Of a DNA stretch of 64,000 bases, positions 32,011 to 39,340 are shown piece after piece. The first letter of the stretch is position 1. Every line of letters begins with the position of its first letter. This DNA comes from Candidatus Falkowbacteria bacterium (GTDB lineage Bacteria > Patescibacteriota > Patescibacteriia > UBA11705 > JABHMO01), in assembly GCA_018674305.1 (NCBI GenBank), contig JABHAL010000007.1, positions 6,976 through 70,975 on the forward strand. Reading direction: 5' to 3'. Under the pieces are notes generated by a model that was not told the origin of the DNA, searched no databases, and saw only the letters and a list, made by a program, of their open reading frames with translations. The translations under genes and the position numbers were made by a program.

Positions 32011-33663
32011 TTAACGAAGGTTGCGCACAACCACTTGCAGGGCTGTACCAAACTCTTCCAGACACTCTTCCATTGAAGTGTAAATCAATTCAATAGGATA
32101 AATATCTGGAACGTGATGCACTCCAACCATGAAATGCACAACAATGATCCCCCTAGCCAGAAGTTGTTGAGTCATTTTTCTAACCAGAGCAATATCATCT
32201 GGCCCATCATCGCAAAGAACGAGAAGTACCTTACGACGCTTGGTCGACCTAGCCAACTTTGAACCAGCGCTCTTCAACATGTGAGTATCTGAATTAGCAC
32301 CTTCACCTTCTAGGTTAACAAACCCAGAGTCTCGACTGGCTGGGCCAAAATCGTACACTGCCTCCGAACTAAAACCCCAAAGATGTCCTTCACAAGCTGG
32401 ACTTAGTCGTAAAATCGCTTCGGTAAACAGCGTAGCAATTCGTTTGGCTTTTTCCAGTTTGCTTTCACTCATTGAACCGCTGGTATCAACCGCTAAATGA
32501 ATTTCAGCGTCAATGTTACGTTCAACAATTGTTTCCGTAAAAACATCTGGAAATCCAAGCGCAATACCAGCTGCCTCATCCATATCCAGATCACCCTCAT
32601 ACTGACTATACAGCTCCGAATATTCTGGGTTTTCCAAAAATCGAAACTTTCGCATCAAGGGTTTAAGCAATTCTCTATTTTGCTGTAAATACTTTTGATA
32701 CAGCGCATGATTAGCTGAATCTGCTTTTACTTTTTTAACTTTAACATTGTTCTTTAACCCGACTGAAATTGGGCCAGGGTGAACCATGTTCAGAGATTTC
32801 AACTTTTGAGCCAGTTGTTTCAGCCCAGTGTTACGCACCGTAGCTACATGTAATTTAGCAATCTGCCTCAGCGCCTTTAACAATGCCTTGGGCAACTCCC
32901 CTTTTCCTCTTGCAAAATTGCTAAAGAACTGAGAGAAGAGCCAAAATTCAATCTCTGGCCGTTCATCTTCGGAATTCCGTATTTGCCATTCGCCAAGAAT
33001 GTTTTTGACTTTTAGAGCTCGCCAATAAAACTCTTCTGGCGTTGCCGTAACCAGGATTTTTCTACGCAACTGCTTCATTGCTCTACGAGTTTCTTTAAAC
33101 TTCGGGCTTTTGTGCCACTTAGCAGCAAAGAAAAAATCCTCATAAACATCTTCAGCTGGCCAGTTACGTAAGAACTGGTACATTTGAGCCTTATTCATGC
33201 CACGTTTAGTCAAAAAACCCTCGTACTTTTCATAGCGTGAATTTACACACAAGTACAACAATCGACCACGCAAGGCCTTAGCAAAACCAGGCGAATCATC
33301 AGCTAACAAAATATCATCCTTGCGATCCAACATGATTTGCAAGATATGATACAATGTCCGGTCTTCCTTGTCCATTGCCCTTTTCAATAACTCAGGACCA
33401 AATGGTGAAAACAGGATATGACCAGCTTCATGATAAACGCTACCATAGCCAACCTGCTCAAACCCTTTCACAAAATAGTATGGGTTCATGAAAATATCAG
33501 CCTTGCAGTCGGTAGCCGCAGTTTCAACACGGGGATCCCAAATAAACCTGAATGGCCGATTAATAATCATCGCCACATCATTGCATAGATAAGGAAACTC
33601 TCGTTCCAACAAGGCCATATCTTGTTCTGATAATGGCTTGTCAAATAAAAGGTCTGGATTCAT
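32011..33663 (-). CDS. VWA-domain protein with N-terminal HExxH metallopeptidase-like region (CobT/NorD/CbbO-like AAA partner)
   Basis: ETAATD..YHEAGHIL; MIDAS DTSGSM, NSD, LCDDGPD; GDLDMD motif preceding the VWA domain. Confidence 0.85.
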   Translation of the reverse strand: MNPDLLFDKPLSEQDMALLEREFPYLCNDVAMIINRPFRFIWDPRVETAATDCKADIFMNPYYFVKGFEQVGYGSVYHEAGHILFSPFGPELLKRAMDKEDRTLYHILQIMLDRKDDILLADDSPGFAKALRGRLLYLCVNSRYEKYEGFLTKRGMNKAQMYQFLRNWPAEDVYEDFFFAAKWHKSPKFKETRRAMKQLRRKILVTATPEEFYWRALKVKNILGEWQIRNSEDERPEIEFWLFSQFFSNFARGKGELPKALLKALRQIAKLHVATVRNTGLKQLAQKLKSLNMVHPGPISVGLKNNVKVKKVKADSANHALYQKYLQQNRELLKPLMRKFRFLENPEYSELYSQYEGDLDMDEAAGIALGFPDVFTETIVERNIDAEIHLAVDTSGSMSESKLEKAKRIATLFTEAILRLSPACEGHLWGFSSEAVYDFGPASRDSGFVNLEGEGANSDTHMLKSAGSKLARSTKRRKVLLVLCDDGPDDIALVRKMTQQLLARGIIVVHFMVGVHHVPDIYPIELIYTSMEECLEEFGTALQVVVRNLR

Positions 33664-33879
33664 TTTATTACCTCATTTTTTTAATGATCAATATTTTATT
33701 TAAAAAATGAAAGATTCAAGATTTAAGGTCAAAGACCCAGGAAAGGTTCAGGGCTCAAGACACGAAGAAAAAAAAGGCTTTATTATTTAGTCTAAATCCG
33801 CCTAGTCTCTTACTCCTTGAACCTTACTACTTCCCTTTCCCTTTGCTCTTGAATCCTTAACCCTTTATCTTTTATACTA

Positions 33880-33957
33880 TTCTATTTCTAATTTCAAGTT
33901 TCTCTTGGAACCTTTGAAACCAGAAATAGAAGCGGGAAATGAATTTCACTTCCCGCT
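33880..33957 (-). repeat. double-hairpin linker downstream of ncRNA unit 9
   Basis: ttctatttct/agaaatagaa hairpin plus agcgggaa-atgaatttcac-ttcccgct, same type as the array linkers. Confidence 0.8.
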
Positions 33958-33959
33958 AT

Positions 33960-34196
33960 GACTGATGTTTGCTAATGGTGAGCTTGGGTTTGTCAGCCAC
34001 TGTCAGGCCGTAGCCTGCAGTGAAGGAAACAACAATAGCGCGTCAGCGCGACGTTGACGAGCAAAGGCCGACCTGACTGAGGCTGACTAACTGCACTCAA
34101 GCTAAACCTAACGGAACGCTTCTTACTGACATTGATACAATATCAGCTTAACGAAGATCTGATTTAGAAAAATCAGCGGTTCAAACAAACTCAGTC
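33960..34196 (-). ncRNA. retron-like msr/msd unit 9 (outside the main array)
   Basis: closing arms gactgatgtttg / caaactcagtc; conserved ctgacattg-ata-caatatcag hairpin; GTTTGCTAATGG motif. Confidence 0.7.
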
Positions 34197-35320
34197 TATA
34201 TTGAAAGATCAGCAATACTTTTTCTCATTGCAGAAAAAGCTTTAGCTACTTCACTGTTGGCATCTCTGGGTTTTCGGTCCCTTGTGCCATTGACACCAAT
34301 TTCACCTTCATACCACCCCAGGAATCCCTTGATAATAGCGGACTCCAAATCAACACCATGCTTGAGCAAGTAGCCTACTGTTCGACAACCACGATAACTG
34401 GGTGAAAACGCCAAATTGCCAGCACGCTCTGCAGTTCGCAAATTACGTGCAACTTCAACAATTTTCAGAGCCTGTGATTCCAAAATGCCGACTTCAGAAG
34501 CCAGCTTTTGAGACTCATAATCCTTAGGCATCTCCCTGACCCGCATCGGTGCAAAGCGATCCTTAAGTGCCGCATCAACACCATGTGTCCCCAGATATTC
34601 ATCACCCATGTTCATAGTGCCCATAAAGTGAATATTCCCTGGCAACACAATTGTGTTACTACCTTCCGCGGTAGGAAAGGTGACCTGACGAGTGTCATCG
34701 AACAAGCCATGCATACTCTCATTAGTCTTGGCATGCACTCGGTTAATTTCATCCAGCACTACCAAAAACTGCGTTGCCAAACCTTCTCTCTCCGCAATCA
34801 TGGCGCGTTCAATGTAATCGTAAAAGCCAGAACGGATAAAAAGACTTGAGCCATTGGCTGCCGCATTGGAGCCAAACAGATCTGTGGTCTTTTTCATGGT
34901 GTAAACATCAACCTTATACGGTTGCTGCCAGCCCAAAGCCTGAGCAATGGCAAAAGGTAAAGTTGTCTTGCCAGTTCCTTTCGGTCCAATCAGCAAAACA
35001 TCAATACCTTCGTTAAGCCAAACCAACAAAGTTTTCAGGTCGAGATTCTCGATCCAAAAATTGCTCAATTCAGCAATACTTTCCCATTTCTTCAACTTTT
35101 GCACTTTGGCAACCAATTGCACAATAGCGATTTTTTGACGCCCTTTACCAGGCCGCCTTTCAACCAGTTCAACCTGCCAGACATCGCCATTTTCAATCTT
35201 GATTCCACTTGGCGGATGGTTCACTTGAACCAGGGTACTTCGCATATCTTCATCTACGAATTTCCAACCCAAGACACCACTGGCATCAAATTTTGCTCTC
35301 ACTTTCAGGATATCAGCCAT
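34196..35320 (-). CDS. CbbQ/NirQ/NorQ (MoxR-clade) AAA+ ATPase with extra N-terminal beta-rich domain
   Basis: Walker A GPKGTGKT, Walker B VVLDEINR, GTMN...Y.G...D.AL.DRF, sensor II SYR; start re-set to ATG 35320 after GAGGT. Confidence 0.88.
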   Translation of the reverse strand: MADILKVRAKFDASGVLGWKFVDEDMRSTLVQVNHPPSGIKIENGDVWQVELVERRPGKGRQKIAIVQLVAKVQKLKKWESIAELSNFWIENLDLKTLLVWLNEGIDVLLIGPKGTGKTTLPFAIAQALGWQQPYKVDVYTMKKTTDLFGSNAAANGSSLFIRSGFYDYIERAMIAEREGLATQFLVVLDEINRVHAKTNESMHGLFDDTRQVTFPTAEGSNTIVLPGNIHFMGTMNMGDEYLGTHGVDAALKDRFAPMRVREMPKDYESQKLASEVGILESQALKIVEVARNLRTAERAGNLAFSPSYRGCRTVGYLLKHGVDLESAIIKGFLGWYEGEIGVNGTRDRKPRDANSEVAKAFSAMRKSIADLSI

Positions 35321-35421
35321 TTTTACCTCTCTTTTTGTAATGTTCAAATTTCCAAATTCTTATCACCTATTTAATCAAATAAGTTTCAAGAATTTGAGCT
35401 GGAAGTGTTACACTTCCAGCT

Positions 35422-35669
35422 AAGTTAGTTTGCTAAGGACCTGTAGGACCGTAACAGTTTCGCTACGAAATGAGATTTGCTCATTGTCATTCGTAACGAC
35501 TTTTCGTTACGAATGCGTAGCGACAACAGTTACGGTGCCGTAGCGTGAACCGCATGAGTCCCGAAGGGCGGGGAACGCTACGAGGACTAGCAATAATATA
35601 CTTAAACGCAAACCTTGTATTGATACAATACAAGTAAAGCTTTTGCCAAAGCTTCAAACAAACTAACTT
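35422..35669 (-). ncRNA. retron-like unit 8 (in transcription order)
   Basis: arms aagttagtttg/caaactaactt; hairpin cttgtattg-ata-caatacaag; branched variable half. Confidence 0.75.
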
Positions 35670-35731
35670 CTAATCTCTAAATCCAATCCTTTAGCTTCAG
35701 AGATTAAAGGGGAAATGGTTCACTTCCCCTG

Positions 35732-35943
35732 AATCAGTTTGCTATGGCTGTTGTAGGCTTGTGAAAAACTTGCTGTCAAGAATGCAGCAAGAATTGCAGC
35801 AGGGTTGCAGCAAATTTGTCACAAGGCCGTCACGGGAACTTCCCACCGGAGTGACCGTGAGGAACCCTGGCAACACCAAATTAAACCTTAACCTTACATT
35901 GCTACAATGCAAGCAAAGGACAAAGTCCTCCAACAAACTGATT
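35732..35943 (-). ncRNA. retron-like unit 7
   Basis: arms aatcagtttg/caaactgatt; hairpin cttacattg-cta-caatgcaag; GTTTGCTATGG. Confidence 0.75.
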
Positions 35944-36006
35944 TTCAACCTTTAAATCCAAATCCTTAGATTCAAAGGTTAAAGGGGAAATGATTCACTT
36001 CCCCAA

Positions 36007-36208
36007 AGCTGTTTTGTTTGCATAAGGTTGCTTCTGTTTGTGACGCAAGCCGTAGGCGGGGTCACAAACCGAACCCCAGTTGCGATGCGCGACTGGGTGA
36101 GAGCACTGGCTAAACCTTAAGGGTTGTTGTCTCACTGACTTTGATAACAAAATCAACTATAACGACAACTCACTACAAGTAGTGACAACAACAAACCAAA
36201 CTACAGCT
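36007..36208 (-). ncRNA. retron-like unit 6
   Basis: arms agctgt..gtttg/caaac.acagct; hairpin tgactttg-ataa-caaaatca. Confidence 0.75.
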
Positions 36209-36274
36209 CACCTGAACAATTAAATATCAAGTTTAACTACTCAGGTAAGCCGGGGAAATGATTCACTTCCCCGG

Positions 36275-36488
36275 AGCTGTTTTGTTTGCATATGGTTGCC
36301 GGAGTCTGTGACACCTAAAGCGAAGTGTAGTGTCACAGATCAGGCTAGCCCCACGCCCTCAGGGGAATACGTGGGGCTGGACTGGGTACTGGCGCAACCT
36401 TATGATCGTTGTCTCACTAACTTTGCAAGTCAAAGATAGTTAAAACGACAACTCACTATAAATAGTGACAATTAACCAAACTACAGCT
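36275..36488 (-). ncRNA. retron-like unit 5
   Basis: arms agctgt/acagct; hairpin actaactttg-caagt-caaagatagt; near-duplicate of unit 4. Confidence 0.75.
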
Positions 36489-36552
36489 CACCTGAATAAT
36501 TAAAATCAATTTAACTACTCAGGTAAGCCGGGGAAATGATTCACTTCCCCGG

Positions 36553-36767
36553 AGCTGTTTTGTTTGCATATGGTTGCCGGAGTCTGTGACATCTAAAACG
36601 CAGTGTAGTGTCACAGATCAGTTTAGCCTCACGCCCTTTAGGGGAAACGTGGGGCTAAACTGGGGAACTGGCGCAACCTTACGATCGTTGTCTTACTAAC
36701 TTTGCTAATCAAAGCTAGTTAAAACGACAACTCACTATAAATAGTGACGATTAACCAAACTACAGCT
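36553..36767 (-). ncRNA. retron-like unit 4
   Basis: arms agctgt/acagct; hairpin actaactttg-ctaat-caaagctagt. Confidence 0.75.
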
Positions 36768-36829
36768 CACTTGAATACTTTAATATAAAACACTCAAGTG
36801 AACTGGGGAATGTTGCATTCCCCATGTGC

Positions 36830-37032
36830 TAGTTTGCTATGGTTAATGATCCAGTCTCAGTAAAGATTTCACAGAAAACTTTCTGAGACTGGCCAGTGCA
36901 GGGGTTCCATTAACAGGCGAAGCCCGGGAGCCCAAGCTGGTAGTGGTTGGCAACTACCTATAAAAATGCCTATCTTATTTTGCTACAAAATAAGTTTTAG
37001 CAGACTTTTGCTAAAGCCCAACCAACAAACTA
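36830..37032 (-). ncRNA. retron-like unit 3
   Basis: arms tagtttg/caaacta; hairpin cttattttg-cta-caaaataag; GTTTGCTATGG. Confidence 0.72.
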
Positions 37033-37106
37033 ACTTCAACTAAAAAGCTCAAACAGATTGAACACTTTAGTTGAAGGAGGAATGCTGCATTCCTCCTAAT
37101 AAAAGT

Positions 37107-37299
37107 ACAAATTTGCTATGGCACGAAAAGCAACGCGACATTTTGACCTTGCTTCTAAGCGAAGCGCAACAGAGAAAGGTCAAAATATAGTTCGCCATCA
37201 ACCAGGGATCGTTATCCAAACCAATCTTGATTCAAGACTGGCAGTCTACCATGATATTTACACGATTGGGTAGAATCTATAACAATCAAACAAATCTGC
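37107..37299 (-). ncRNA. retron-like unit 2
   Basis: minus-strand arms gcagatttg/caaatttgt pair with two G-U wobbles; hairpin caatcttg-att-caagactg; TTTGCTATGG. Confidence 0.68.
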
Positions 37300-37376
37300 C
37301 AACCACTAATTTCAAATTAATTAAAAGCATTGGTTGACTGGAGAATGCTGCATTCTCCAGTAGGGGCGCTCCCCAA

Positions 37377-37570
37377 AAAGCTAGTTTCATTGGTTGTGAT
37401 GTTATCAGGATTTCGAAGAAATCCGGATAACTTGTGACGTTGAGGGTCGGTGGTGTTAACCAGAAAACCCGAAGCGTCAAAAAACACTGGCTGGAGCTAT
37501 CCAACCCTACAAACTTGTTTTGAATTCAAAACAAGTACGACCCGTGAAAAAGGTCAAACAAACTAGCTTT
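37377..37570 (-). ncRNA. retron-like unit 1 (first after the RT)
   Basis: arms aaagctagttt/aaactagcttt; hairpin acttgttttg-aatt-caaaacaagt. Confidence 0.72.
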
Positions 37571-37654
37571 CAACTTGTAAACTTTAACTCAAAGCTACAA
37601 TTCACAAGTTGAAGGGAAACTCTAGGAGTTTCCCTTGTAATTATACTAGAACCA

Positions 37655-39208
37655 CTACTTCAATGCCATATGCGCCAAACTGTGAGCACTGGTATTCAAT
37701 TCACGTGGCACATGGTGAAAACGCACTGTACCAATTTCCTTAACAAGTGCCTTCACCTGTGCAACCAGGGTTCGCAAATGAGGCTTACTCACTGCAAACT
37801 TGCCGTTAAGCTGATTCACAACCAGCATACTGTCGGTAAAGCAGTCCAACTCAGCAATGCCAAGTTCTTTAGCTGCCGTCAAACCAACAATTATTGCTTG
37901 ATATTCAGCCTGATTACTTGTCGCCTTCCCAATCAGCTGGGAAATAGTTGATACTTCAGTTCGATCCTTAATCAAAACTGCACCGATACCAGCCTGGTAA
38001 GACTTCCTGGCCGCACCGTCAACAAACAATAGATTGTCACCAAGCAACTGAGAAGAAACATCACCTTGGCCGTCAATCACTACCATGCTCAACTGCTTTG
38101 CCAAATCCTGCAAACCACTCGGCAACAAGGCGTTGTCCAAATATTGCAATGACTTCGCAACCTTGCCAGCATGCAAACGATCTTCAATCTTGCCAACCAG
38201 AACGCGCAGTTTGGATGGTAGCTTCTCCGGATACAACTGACGAACCGCACCCAATGTGCCATTCACCTTACCCAGAATGTGCTCATCCCAAACTTCGATT
38301 TTGAGCCAGTTGTTAAAAGCAGCTCGTAACTGATTCACTTTCCGCGGCGCCATGGTCAAACGACCATCAGGACAAATCACGATCCCAGTTACAATCGGAA
38401 CTTCACCGGTTTCAGGACTGTAGTACTTAGTTTTGTCAGGCCGAGTGTGAGGAATAAAGCCATGCTCCTTGATTAGCGCAAGGATCTTGGCCCTCATTTC
38501 CTCTGGGATCTCTTTGTCAGAAGATACCGTAATGTCATCAAACCAAGAAGTCATGTTAAAACCCTGCAAAGGGCTTGAACTTTCGTGCAGATAACTGAAT
38601 ATAGCTGTGTCCATTTTGTAACACACAATACCCAGAATACGCGGTGAAGTTGGTGGGCCTTGCGGAAGTCGATCATGCAAACAAAGCAAATCAACTACTG
38701 CCTCCAGCATGTTCTTCACGTCATCTTCCAACCAAGTAACATCACCAAACTGTCGGAGCATGAATCGAAATGGTTTTTGCAAACACTTACGAATTCGACT
38801 GCGAAGAACTGTAGGATAAGCATTAATAATATCAACGCCAAACGCAACCTTGTTACCCATGTGCGCAGCCGCATGCTCCACGATCCCAGTTCCACCCTGG
38901 CAACCATAACGAGAAAAATGGATCGGAATCTGATCCAAAAACTGCGCCTTGATTGATCGTTGTACAGTCTTCAACTCAGCACAGGGCGCTGCAAAATAGC
39001 GATAACCCTTGCCACGACCCTTGAACTTACGCCACTCTCGGTATGCCTTTCCCTGACGAATCTTGTCCAAAGCAAAGTTCCAGCTAGCCTTATCCAGCTT
39101 AAAAAGCAGACGCAAATACTGTGCCAAACGCTCGGACAACACCAGGATGGTGCCAAAGTCCGTGTACTCGTCCAGAGGATTGACCTTTTTCTTCTTTTCC
39201 GTTGGCAT
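37655..39208 (-). CDS. retron-type reverse transcriptase fused to a C-terminal RNase HI-like domain
   Basis: R.F.AP..ELK.VQR, EHAAAH (region X NAxxH-like), DIINAYPTV, LPQGPPTSP, WFDD catalytic motif, VTG (region Y); C-terminus FVDGAA..AGIG..TSNQAEY..TDSMLVVNQ..HVPRE.N; AGGAGG SD. Confidence 0.92.
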   Translation of the reverse strand: MPTEKKKKVNPLDEYTDFGTILVLSERLAQYLRLLFKLDKASWNFALDKIRQGKAYREWRKFKGRGKGYRYFAAPCAELKTVQRSIKAQFLDQIPIHFSRYGCQGGTGIVEHAAAHMGNKVAFGVDIINAYPTVLRSRIRKCLQKPFRFMLRQFGDVTWLEDDVKNMLEAVVDLLCLHDRLPQGPPTSPRILGIVCYKMDTAIFSYLHESSSPLQGFNMTSWFDDITVSSDKEIPEEMRAKILALIKEHGFIPHTRPDKTKYYSPETGEVPIVTGIVICPDGRLTMAPRKVNQLRAAFNNWLKIEVWDEHILGKVNGTLGAVRQLYPEKLPSKLRVLVGKIEDRLHAGKVAKSLQYLDNALLPSGLQDLAKQLSMVVIDGQGDVSSQLLGDNLLFVDGAARKSYQAGIGAVLIKDRTEVSTISQLIGKATSNQAEYQAIIVGLTAAKELGIAELDCFTDSMLVVNQLNGKFAVSKPHLRTLVAQVKALVKEIGTVRFHHVPRELNTSAHSLAHMALK

Positions 39209-39252
39209 TTTCAGCCTCCTATTTTAATATAATGAACATACTTTAACTGATA

Positions 39253-39281
39253 ACTTTAGCAAATTTTCTAACTTTTGTCAA
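39253..39281 (-). promoter_or_regulatory. sigma-70 promoter of the RT operon
   Basis: TTGACA-17 bp-TAAAGT with extended TG, 44 bp upstream of the RT start. Confidence 0.7.
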
Positions 39282-39340
39282 GATTTAGGTCAATTTAGTC
39301 TAAAACTGCACAAAAAAACAGTAAATTAATAATTTACTGT

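Larger units (their letters stand above)
35353..37636 (-). repeat. tandem array of 8 structured non-coding units separated by 9 double-hairpin linkers
   Basis: recurring GG(G/A)GAA-(A)TG..CA(C/T)-TTC(C/T)CC-type hairpins at 35397, 35708, 35984, 36250, 36528, 36804, 37075, 37337, 37612, spaced ~260-310 bp; no long ORFs. Confidence 0.92.

Noticed and set aside
35742-37504. Short ORFs in the array (35742..35948 -, 35761..35955 +, 37286..37504 -)
   Set aside because: No SD, no recognisable motifs, not repeated in sister units; better explained as chance frames in structured RNA.
35353-37636. CRISPR array interpretation of the periodic GGGGAA..TTCCCC palindromes
   Set aside because: Intervening segments are 190-250 nt, internally structured and share conserved motifs; repeats are degenerate; no cas genes in the window.
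37655-39208. RT as DGR or group II intron RT
   Set aside because: It has LPQGPPTSP and VTG retron-type motifs rather than the DGR G...SQ signature; no TR/VR pair differing at adenines was seen; no maturase X domain or intron domain V was recognised.
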